From Victivallaceae bacterium (GTDB taxonomy: Bacteria > Verrucomicrobiota > Lentisphaeria > Victivallales > Victivallaceae): 37,064 nt of DNA. The position numbers and the translations under genes were made by a program. The first letter of the stretch is position 1. Each line of letters opens with the position of its first letter. Positions 1 to 7,374 of this stretch are shown here, in pieces. The notes beneath the pieces were generated by a model. That model was not told the origin of the DNA. It searched no databases and was given only the letters and a program-made list of their open reading frames with translations. The DNA lies in assembly GCA_031555495.1 (NCBI GenBank), contig JAVBUI010000274.1, positions 1 to 37,064 on the forward strand, given 5' to 3'.

Positions 1-140
1 GCCTTGCGGCGGGACGATTGCGCATTCCGCCGTGTGTCGATGACTTGTCCGATGCTCGCATCGGCCGACGTCATCGGCGCACGGCGGCTTTGCACAAGTC
101 GTCTCCGTCTTGTTACAAATTTTCGGTTGACACGACACTA

Positions 141-527
141 GTGGCTGGGGAAAAGATAAGTTGTTCGCAAGGAAAAGAGCTTTGGGGAGAAGAAACCGAA
201 AAGTATTATTGTATTGACAATCTTATTTATTCCAAAGTATATGAAATGTTGGCTCAAAAACTTTCAGGAATAATCGGAGCCTTCAGAAAAGACAAAATGA
301 GTATTATAACGTTTTATAACGGGGGAAGTAATGTCACATGGCAAATAACAGGGGATCAGATAAAAGTCAAGACTTTTACAAGTTCAAGTATTTTTATCGA
401 TATTAAAGTGCCAGTACCGGAAAAAAACAAAATGGATATTTTTGTCATATCAATTCCTTATAATGAGAATACAGGAGTCCTTTTTGTTGAGCTAATGACC
501 ATAGGGAATGATTTTATATTCAAATAG
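141..527 (+). CDS. hypothetical protein in a low-GC patch upstream of the Rhs fragment (possible orphan immunity-type gene); start uncertain
   Basis: ORF is open from 18 to 527. GC drops sharply after about nt 110. In-frame GTG at 141 and ATG at 246, neither with a clear SD. No recognisable motifs. Its position upstream of an orphan Rhs C-terminal fragment resembles Rhs toxin/immunity arrays. Confidence 0.35.
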   Translation: MAGEKISCSQGKELWGEETEKYYCIDNLIYSKVYEMLAQKLSGIIGAFRKDKMSIITFYNGGSNVTWQITGDQIKVKTFTSSSIFIDIKVPVPEKNKMDIFVISIPYNENTGVLFVELMTIGNDFIFK

Positions 528-708
528 ATAAATACATTTCACTTTTTTTAAAGCCATATGAATAACATATTCACTTCATATATTATCGCCTCCGAAGGCA
601 GGTTATTCCGACGACACACCAAGCGTCACCCGCAACTTTAACCGTCTCGGTCAGCCGGCCTCGGTCACCGACGCGGCGGGAACGCGGAGTTTCGGCTACG
701 GTGCGACT

Positions 709-2130
709 TTGAACCGCATCGGCGAAGCGATTGACGGCATTTACAGTAAAAATTTACATTACAATTATGCCGATACCGGAATGAAAGGCCGCTATCAGGG
801 ATTTTCGCTTGACAACGCCTCCAACAGCGCTTATAGTTATGACGGGTACGGGCGGCTGAACGGGATCAATGGTTTCACTTACAGCCGCCTCGCGAACTCG
901 GAGCTGATTGAAAACATCACCCGTCCAAACGGCGCAAATACCGCATGGGCCTACGAAACGCATCGCAACCTGGTCGCTCAAGTCGCCAACGACACAGCGA
1001 GTACCTTCGGTTACGTCAATGACAAAATTGGCCGCCGCGTTTCAATGAGCCGGAGCGGCAGTGCCTTCGCCACACCGGACGTAATAACTTACGACTACAA
1101 CGACCGCAGTGAAATAATTTCCGCTGTGTCACACAACAACCCGGGATACAATTACAGCTACAATTACGACCCGATCGGCAACCGCCAAGCAGCCAATTTA
1201 AACAGTACGGCGTGGACATACACCAGCAATAATCTCAATCAGTATACTGCGGTCAATTCCGACGCTCCAAGTTACGACGCGGACGGCAACATGCTGGCCA
1301 ACGGCGCATGGAGTTACACGTGGAACGGCGAAAACCGGATGATCGCCGCCGTCAACGGCGATACCCGCTTGAAATTCGCCTACGACTACATGGGCCGCCG
1401 CGTGGAGAAGAAGGTTTACGGCGGCGAAACGCTGTCCAAACACACAAAGTTCGTCTACGACGGCTACAAGCTGGTCGAAGAGCTGGACGCGCTCAACAGC
1501 AACGCCGTTCTTCGCAAGTACACCTGGCAGCCGGACGCCCTCGGCATCGATGTCCCGCTGACGGTCAAACAGGATGGCGCGACTTATTATTACCACACCG
1601 ACGCCAACAAAAACGTCTCCGAGCTGACCGACTCCACCGGCGCGGTAGTAGCCCACTACGAATACAGCCCCTTCGGCCAGCTCGTAAAAGTGGAAGGCTC
1701 GTACGCGGAAGAAAACCCATTCCGTTTCAGCTCGGAATACTACGACTCCGAAACCGGCCTCATCTACTATAACTACCGCTACTACAGCCCCGACTTGGGA
1801 CGCTGGACCAGCCGCGATCCCATCGAAGAACTTGGCGGGTATAACCTCTATAATATGGTCGATAATAGTCCTGCTGATTTATGGGACGACGTGGGATTGC
1901 GGCATGTTTGTAGCGGGTTCACGGATATATTGGATTGGTTAGCTGGCGTGTTTTCCAAAGGTAAGAGTGCCAAGGATGGAATCGACAAAATTGATAGTAC
2001 TGGGGAGACTGGAAAAAATATTGGAACGGCCGCCGATCCAACGGCCAGCACAGGGGACAAAGCCCGGGCTGTAGGAACAGAACTGTCAAAACAAGTGGAG
2101 AAAAGTGCTCTCCTTATTCCGAGCGTTTAA
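709..2130 (+). CDS. Rhs/YD-repeat protein, 5'-truncated orphan C-terminal fragment (core end plus short variable tip)
   Basis: Repeated YD motifs (YDYNDRS, YDADGNML, YTWNGENRMI, FAYDYMGRRVEK, YYYHTDANKNVSELTD, HYEYSPFGQ, YYNYRYYSPDLGRWTSRDP). Core-terminating motif NSPADLWDDVGL at nt 1870-1899 (DPxGL-type). It is followed by a 76-aa lower-GC tip. The YD-like frame continues upstream without a start codon to the stop at 559-561 (SVTRNFNRLGQPASVTDAAGTRSFGYG), so the listed TTG at 709 is probably not a native start. Confidence 0.8.
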   Translation: MNRIGEAIDGIYSKNLHYNYADTGMKGRYQGFSLDNASNSAYSYDGYGRLNGINGFTYSRLANSELIENITRPNGANTAWAYETHRNLVAQVANDTASTFGYVNDKIGRRVSMSRSGSAFATPDVITYDYNDRSEIISAVSHNNPGYNYSYNYDPIGNRQAANLNSTAWTYTSNNLNQYTAVNSDAPSYDADGNMLANGAWSYTWNGENRMIAAVNGDTRLKFAYDYMGRRVEKKVYGGETLSKHTKFVYDGYKLVEELDALNSNAVLRKYTWQPDALGIDVPLTVKQDGATYYYHTDANKNVSELTDSTGAVVAHYEYSPFGQLVKVEGSYAEENPFRFSSEYYDSETGLIYYNYRYYSPDLGRWTSRDPIEELGGYNLYNMVDNSPADLWDDVGLRHVCSGFTDILDWLAGVFSKGKSAKDGIDKIDSTGETGKNIGTAADPTASTGDKARAVGTELSKQVEKSALLIPSV

Positions 2131-2944
2131 AGGCGGCAAGCTGATCGGTCAACTTCTGGCGGAACAGTGTCCAGTCGGCATTGCCGGTGCCGCGCGTCGC
2201 GTAGAGCTGGTCAAGGTTGACCACCGCCGTCTTGAGATCGGCCGTACTCACCCCGGCGGACATCGAGAGGCGCAGCGCCTGATCGTAGAGCTTGCATGCC
2301 ATCGCGCCGTCCAGACGGGAGGGGGAATCGTACAGATAATCCCGAATCGCGAGGTAGCCGCGCTCGGCAGTCAGCGTTTTGTTGCGGACGCCGAGATCGA
2401 TCAGGGTGTTAAGACTGCGCGGGTCGTCGCTGTTCGACCAATACATCAGGGCCTCGCCGCATTGCCAGGCGTCGGCGGCGATCCAGTACAAGGTATTGCG
2501 GGCCGCGTTTGATTCATCGGCCACCGCCAGCGCCGCTTTGCAGCCGTCGGTGATGGACTTCAGAAAAGCGGGGTCCTTTTCGTTTCTGGCCGCAAACCGC
2601 AGCAGCTGGTAATAGGCGCGAACGCCCTCGCCGTCAGTGGCGATCCACGCTTCTTTCCTGCTTTCGGCGTAGGCTTTCAATTCCGCGCCGGTCATGGTCC
2701 CCAGCATCTTGAGGCATACCCGGTAGGTTGCGTCGTCCTGCGGAGTGTTGATCGTGGCGGCTTTGTTGTCGACCTTGTCGACCACTTCCTGAAAGTTGTT
2801 CCATTTGCCGGAGCTGCCCCAAACTTTGGCGGCCCCCGGCAAATCGATTGCGACAACGTCGACGGTGGGGGCGGGGGCATCGGCCGCGAATATCGCGAAA
2901 GCGGTTCCGACGGTCAAGAGGGCGAGAAACAGTTTCTTCATCAT
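2114..2944 (-). CDS. secreted alpha-helical protein, unknown function (last gene of the fibre operon)
   Basis: AAGGAG SD upstream of ATGATG at 2944. N-terminal signal peptide MMKKLFLALLTVGTAFAIFAADAP. ATGA-type overlap with the upstream gene (2941/2944). No recognised catalytic motif. Confidence 0.6.
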   Translation of the reverse strand: MMKKLFLALLTVGTAFAIFAADAPAPTVDVVAIDLPGAAKVWGSSGKWNNFQEVVDKVDNKAATINTPQDDATYRVCLKMLGTMTGAELKAYAESRKEAWIATDGEGVRAYYQLLRFAARNEKDPAFLKSITDGCKAALAVADESNAARNTLYWIAADAWQCGEALMYWSNSDDPRSLNTLIDLGVRNKTLTAERGYLAIRDYLYDSPSRLDGAMACKLYDQALRLSMSAGVSTADLKTAVVNLDQLYATRGTGNADWTLFRQKLTDQLAAFKRSE

Positions 2945-3765
2945 GGTTTTGTCTCCTTGTTAATGATGATATAGTCCTGAAAACCGGAGCGAACAAACTC
3001 CGGGATCAGCAGTTCACCGGCGGCGAATGCCACCATGATCACCCGCGACACGCCGAGCCGGTCAAAGACCGGACGGAGCGCGGGCGAGTAGATTTCCGGC
3101 CGGACGTAGTTTACCGCCATCGCGGCCACCGCCTCCGGGGGAAGCTGGAACGCCGGGGCTTCACAGCTCATGATCCCGGCGGATGTTTCCCCGGCGTAGA
3201 TTTCCCCGATCACCGGTATCTTGGGATTGCCGGACCGGGCCGCGGCGATCAGAAAGGCCGTGTAGGGGCGGTCCTGCCGGAACATGTGAATGGAAGTCCG
3301 CCGCCAGCCGATCAGCAGAGCGTCGGCATGAACCGCGCTCCGGCGCAGAAGCGCCGACAGCCGACGGGAATCCGGGAAGACCGTGTCGCGATGTTCTTCG
3401 CCGCGCGGGGAAAAGGCAATCGCTACGCGCAAGCCAGCCCCCCTCAATTGCATCGCATACAGCGTGGCGGAGTCGGCGGTATCGGCAAGGTCGAGCAGCA
3501 GCACCACCCCATTGAATCCGGCGGCCTTCAATGCCTTTGCGTCAAAGGCGTCACCCGCCCGGTACTCCGCCGCCAGCCGCAGCGGTTCCGCCGAAAGAGC
3601 AATCGCTTCCCCCCGCCAGTCGGCATACTCCCGGTAGATCCGGCTCCAGGTCGACCACTTTCCGGCATAGGCGCTGCGGACAGTGGGGTCGCGGTCAAGG
3701 TTGACCTGATCCCCCACCGGCGGCAAGTTCAGAGCCAGTAGCAGAATTAAAATCAGTCCTCCCAT
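2941..3765 (-). CDS. signal-anchored protein with alternating beta/alpha periodicity, unknown function
   Basis: GGAGG SD 6 nt before the ATG at 3765. Hydrophobic N-terminus MGGLILILLLALNL. Repeated hydrophobic-strand/helix pattern (GVVLLLDL, RVAIAF, ALLIGW, PVIGEIY, VIMVAF) suggests a barrel-like fold. This is inference only. Confidence 0.55.
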   Translation of the reverse strand: MGGLILILLLALNLPPVGDQVNLDRDPTVRSAYAGKWSTWSRIYREYADWRGEAIALSAEPLRLAAEYRAGDAFDAKALKAAGFNGVVLLLDLADTADSATLYAMQLRGAGLRVAIAFSPRGEEHRDTVFPDSRRLSALLRRSAVHADALLIGWRRTSIHMFRQDRPYTAFLIAAARSGNPKIPVIGEIYAGETSAGIMSCEAPAFQLPPEAVAAMAVNYVRPEIYSPALRPVFDRLGVSRVIMVAFAAGELLIPEFVRSGFQDYIIINKETKP

Positions 3766-4232
3766 ACCGGCCTCCGATTGGTTGCGGTGTTGACCGTGTA
3801 CGCGCCTCCGGTATCGGAGTCAAGCGAAAAATTCTGATAGATTCCGGTCACCACATGAACCCGGAACTGCCATTTCTCGCCATTTCCGACCACTGCCGTC
3901 GTAAAAGTATCGCGGCCGAAGATCGGACGATAGAGCCCCGTCACGGCGCACTCCGCGCCACTGACCTCGCGTACCGTTATCCATGCGCCGGACGTTCCCT
4001 GACGTACTTGTAGCGTCGCCTTTTCAACCGTCGTAATGACCGAGATATCGAGCTGGGCCGGAAGCGATACGGTGAGTCCCCCGGAAGCCGGGCGCCCGTC
4101 GAGGCGGATTGCCACCTCCGGCGTAACGATGATACTGCCGGTCCCGCCGCCGCTTCCGCCGTCGGAATACTCCCAGCAGCCGAGCGCCGCGACTGCGGCG
4201 GCGAGGAACAGTGAAGCGAGAAACTTTTTCAT
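3753..4232 (-). CDS. lipoprotein, unknown function, translationally coupled to the tail-fibre gene
   Basis: Lipobox AALGC after the signal sequence MKKFLASLFLAAAV. Gly-rich tether (SDGGSGGGTGS). GGAGGG SD. ATGA overlap with the stop of 4229..4897. Confidence 0.7.
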   Translation of the reverse strand: MKKFLASLFLAAAVAALGCWEYSDGGSGGGTGSIIVTPEVAIRLDGRPASGGLTVSLPAQLDISVITTVEKATLQVRQGTSGAWITVREVSGAECAVTGLYRPIFGRDTFTTAVVGNGEKWQFRVHVVTGIYQNFSLDSDTGGAYTVNTATNRRPVWED

Positions 4233-4897
4233 AACAGAGCCCTCCAGGGGGTATAGTCGCTGCCGTCATACCAGCGGCACCGCGCGTATTTCATATTTGC
4301 CGCCGCTGCCGGGCGTTCGATCCTGACCCGGCTGCCGTAGAATGCCACACCGGCACCGGCGGCCGGAAACGCTTCGTACTGATCAGAGCCGAAGACATAG
4401 ACGCCGGTTCGCCCGGTTCTGGTGTCGATTTTGACCGGCGATGAAAAGTTGATGGATGCCGAAAACTGAACTTCCAGATGCAGCAGATCCCCGTCAGGAT
4501 CGGACGGCACCGGAATCGGCGGAATATCGCTCGTACCGGAAGCGATGATATCGAGTTTCACGTTCCCGGCGGCATCCGGCTTGACGCCGTTTACCGACTG
4601 TACCTTGATATCCTCAAGGTAGGCGAGTTTCTTACCGGCATGAAGCAAGATGTTGTCGGCCTCGGTCAGAGTATTCAGCACGGCAAGATTGGCGTGGCTG
4701 TGTTCCATCCGCACGATTTCGCCGGTGGCGGCGTTGCGTACATACCAGGCGAAGGTGTCGCCCTCGGCGCACAGCCATACTTTGGCGGCCCCGGACACCG
4801 TCAGCGCCGCCGGGCTTTCGTCCGTCTCAGTGCGGACCGACATCACCAGATAATCGGCCAGCACGTCGCCGGATGGAAATAAAGTTTTGTTTTGCAT
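4229..4897 (-). CDS. tail fibre-like protein (distal/accessory fibre)
   Basis: Motifs typical of phage fibres: HSHANLAVLNTLTEADN (HxH...N..L.L) and SVNGVKPDAAGNVKL. AAGGGA SD. Lies directly downstream of the large fibre gene. Its C-terminal ~95 aa resemble an internal domain of 4907..7105. Confidence 0.65.
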   Translation of the reverse strand: MQNKTLFPSGDVLADYLVMSVRTETDESPAALTVSGAAKVWLCAEGDTFAWYVRNAATGEIVRMEHSHANLAVLNTLTEADNILLHAGKKLAYLEDIKVQSVNGVKPDAAGNVKLDIIASGTSDIPPIPVPSDPDGDLLHLEVQFSASINFSSPVKIDTRTGRTGVYVFGSDQYEAFPAAGAGVAFYGSRVRIERPAAAANMKYARCRWYDGSDYTPWRALL

Positions 4898-4906
4898 GGC
4901 GATCCC

Positions 4907-7105
4907 TTAGTAAAAGATTCGGATGAAGGCCATCCACTTTTCTTTGTTGAGTGCGGTCGTAAAGCCGTAAGTGTTGCGTTTCCCCGCCCGGAAGCCGCCG
5001 GGAATCCAGAAACCGACTTTATCGCGCTGTATCATCGGCAACGAGAGGTCCGAAGTATTGGATTGCAGCATGGCGGCGAATTCACCTTTGGCGTATTCGA
5101 AATCCGGCTCGACGCATTGCAGCACGACATCCGTTCTCGCGTACAGGGGATCGAGGTCCAGGCTGTGGGTGAACTCAACAAGGGTGTTCGGCGTCGGCAT
5201 GAAGGGAGGCGACACCCATACCCGGCCATGCATCGGCTTGATTTCCTGCTGTGAGTACGATACCGCCGAACCCAATAGGAGCCCGCCGTTGGCATCGGTT
5301 TTGAAGGTGCCGATTTCCCGGTAGATCGAATAGCCGTCGGGCAAGCCCGTGACTTCCTCCCCCGCCGGGGAATCGGCATAGGCGAAGCCGCTGACGCTGA
5401 ATTCGTTGATGATTGCATAGAGTACGGCGGTATGGTTGGCGGTTACCTCGGCTCTCACACCGTAACACAGCAAGGGAGCGGCCAACGCCACCGAGCCGGA
5501 GGCGCTGGCGACGTTCTGCAGCGCCAGCGGCGCGACGGTGGTTGCGCCGTCCTTGAGGTCGTTCCAGTTACCGTCCTTGTCGCGGGTATAAAACTTGATC
5601 GTCTTGGCATACGGCGCGGCGCTGTGGCCTTTGATTTCCAGAAGATTGATCGCCTTGGGCGTGTCGAAGATCATCTGCACATGCTGCGGCAGCCCGCCCG
5701 CCATCGAGCGCCAGTGATTGGTTGCCGCCGCGCCGACACGGTCAAAGGCCCGATAGGGATTGGTGGTGCGCTTGGCGGCATCGGCCAGTGTCGTTGACGC
5801 TTCGGCGAGATACCCGGCGGGGAAGTCGTCGGCAAACATCGCCGGGCTCGACCACGGCTTCCACTTCCCGGAGGCAGCCGAATAGGTCAGGGAGTCCTGA
5901 TCGAAATAAAGGTGCAAATCGACGTCCGGCTGGGAATCGCTCTTTTTGCGCATCAACAGTACATGATAGAGGCTGTTTCGTTTCAGGTTCTTGCCGACTT
6001 CTTTCTGCAACGTGACAGAGCTGGAAATGAGCTTTTTGCCGGTGATATCCATGCAGCGCCCCGCGTTCACATAAATTTTGCGGACTTCGGAGCCCTTGTC
6101 GGTTTCCGACGCGGTGGAGAGCTGCAGCCCGGTCACGGTTCCCGGAATCATCGCCAAGGTCACTTCCGAGGCGGTCGGCGTGGTGGTGCCCCCGCCGCCG
6201 CCATCGTCTCCGCCGCCGGTGCCGCCGCCCCCATCGTCGGAATGCTCCGCCGGGATCACCAGCAAGCCGTAACGATAGTTGGCATTCTCCGAGAGGTTGC
6301 TCCAGTAAGAGCGCCAGAAGTAGATCGTGCCCGTGAGCAATCCGGGTACTTCGGAAATTTTGAGCAGCATGGTTTTGCCGACATCGTCGGTGGTCACGCC
6401 GGCGGCGGCGAGGTCGTGGGAGAGTTCGCCGTTTTCGTCGGGGAGATAAAAGCCGCCGGCGGCGGTGTCGGTGCGAATCGAAATCACCGACTCAAGCGGC
6501 ATCCCGTCATCGTCGACAAATTTACCGTCAAGCGAGAAGTCACAGACGAGGTGCAGGATATCGGTACTGTTTTCCGGGGCCGGGCAAACAAAATCCAGCG
6601 CCCCGACCGAACTCGCGGCAGCCTCGGACGCGGCGTTTTTTGCGGACGCGGCGGAGGCGGAAGCAGCATTGACCAGCTCGGAGAGTTTGGCGATCAACTG
6701 GTCGGCGGTGACTTGCGAATCGTCATTGGTGATGCTGGCGGGCATCTTGACACAGCGGGCAAGCTCCGCCAGAAGCTGCTGGTCGATCATCATCGCGTAG
6801 TCGAACGCCTTCTCCAGCACCGAGGGATAGAGCGGGGAATTATTCAACAGCCGGACAAGCTGCAACAGCGCCATGTTGCGCCGGATGGTCAGCCGTGAGC
6901 CATATTCGAGCGGAACGGCCAAAGTGACGGTGCCGCCCTTACCGAGCAATTCGACGGTGTAATCGGTGCCGTAGGTCAGAGCTACGTCGTTTTTCTCGAC
7001 CAGCAGATGACCGGGGCTGTCGATATAAAACAAAAAGTCATAATCTTTCCTCGACCCGTTTCCGACAAAAGGGCCGCTAAAACAAAGTTCGCTGTCAATG
7101 GCCAT
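4907..7105 (-). CDS. tail fibre/tailspike protein with T7 gp17-like N-terminal adaptor region, Gly-rich linker and discoidin-like (F5/8 type C-like) domain
   Basis: Start chosen at MAIDSELCFSGPFVGNG (ATG at 7105, GGGGGA SD); the ORF-track start at 7294 adds an Arg/Gly-rich extension. N-terminal pattern F.GNG....Y.F.F......L.V......L..G.DYTV....GG.VTL...L..G..LTIRR is typical of podovirus fibre N-termini. Ala/Ser coiled segment. Poly-Gly linker at nt 6188-6238. NHWRS...QHVQMIFDTPKAINLLEIKGHS...IKFYTRDKDGNWNDL resembles a discoidin domain (about nt 5375-5812). Confidence 0.75.
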   Translation of the reverse strand: MAIDSELCFSGPFVGNGSRKDYDFLFYIDSPGHLLVEKNDVALTYGTDYTVELLGKGGTVTLAVPLEYGSRLTIRRNMALLQLVRLLNNSPLYPSVLEKAFDYAMMIDQQLLAELARCVKMPASITNDDSQVTADQLIAKLSELVNAASASAASAKNAASEAAASSVGALDFVCPAPENSTDILHLVCDFSLDGKFVDDDGMPLESVISIRTDTAAGGFYLPDENGELSHDLAAAGVTTDDVGKTMLLKISEVPGLLTGTIYFWRSYWSNLSENANYRYGLLVIPAEHSDDGGGGTGGGDDGGGGGTTTPTASEVTLAMIPGTVTGLQLSTASETDKGSEVRKIYVNAGRCMDITGKKLISSSVTLQKEVGKNLKRNSLYHVLLMRKKSDSQPDVDLHLYFDQDSLTYSAASGKWKPWSSPAMFADDFPAGYLAEASTTLADAAKRTTNPYRAFDRVGAAATNHWRSMAGGLPQHVQMIFDTPKAINLLEIKGHSAAPYAKTIKFYTRDKDGNWNDLKDGATTVAPLALQNVASASGSVALAAPLLCYGVRAEVTANHTAVLYAIINEFSVSGFAYADSPAGEEVTGLPDGYSIYREIGTFKTDANGGLLLGSAVSYSQQEIKPMHGRVWVSPPFMPTPNTLVEFTHSLDLDPLYARTDVVLQCVEPDFEYAKGEFAAMLQSNTSDLSLPMIQRDKVGFWIPGGFRAGKRNTYGFTTALNKEKWMAFIRIFY

Positions 7106-7318
7106 AATGTTCCCCCTGAAAGTTGCCACCCTTCGGCCACGGGCCTCGGGTCCCGCTTCGCGGGCTCCGGGTACTTTCCGGGGGCCCCGCTCTACGGTGT
7201 TCCGCGCGGCTTCGCCGTGCTCGCACCTGCGAGTATTGTTTTCCTTTTCGCTGGAAATTACCACCGCACCGCACTCGAAGCGAATCGGTTTCACATCACC
7301 AAAGCGGCGATTTCAAGT

Positions 7319-7347
7319 TTGCATTTTCACTGCCGTTGAAGTATGGT
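7319..7347 (+). promoter_or_regulatory. sigma70-like promoter TTGCAT-17-TATGGT for the low-GC membrane-protein gene
   Basis: -35 TTGCAT at 7319-7324, 17-nt spacer, -10 TATGGT at 7342-7347, 27 nt upstream of the ATG at 7375. Confidence 0.4.
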
Positions 7348-7374
7348 ATGAAAAACAAGGGAAGGGATGAAGTA

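Noticed and set aside
705-722. 9-nt match (TTTGAACCG) to the tRNA-Thr T-arm region near the listed Rhs start.
   Set aside because: Chance-level length, and it lies inside a continuous YD-repeat reading frame.
2114-7105. Looked for a diversity-generating retroelement (template/variable repeat pair, reverse transcriptase) near the fibre genes, because the head resembles BPP-1.
   Set aside because: No RT-like ORF (no YxDD-type motif) anywhere in the window, and no ~100-bp near-repeat seen at the fibre 3' ends by eye. A computational self-dot-plot would be needed to exclude it fully.
7106-7374. ORF-track N-terminal extensions reading through the divergent intergenic region (7123 start of the membrane protein; 7294 start of the fibre protein).
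   Set aside because: Both extensions are Arg/Pro/Gly-rich. Good SD and start signals occur at 7375 (signal peptide) and 7105 (fibre N-terminal motif). The region is more likely to be promoters and leader sequence. I saw several short GC hairpins there, but nothing compelling.
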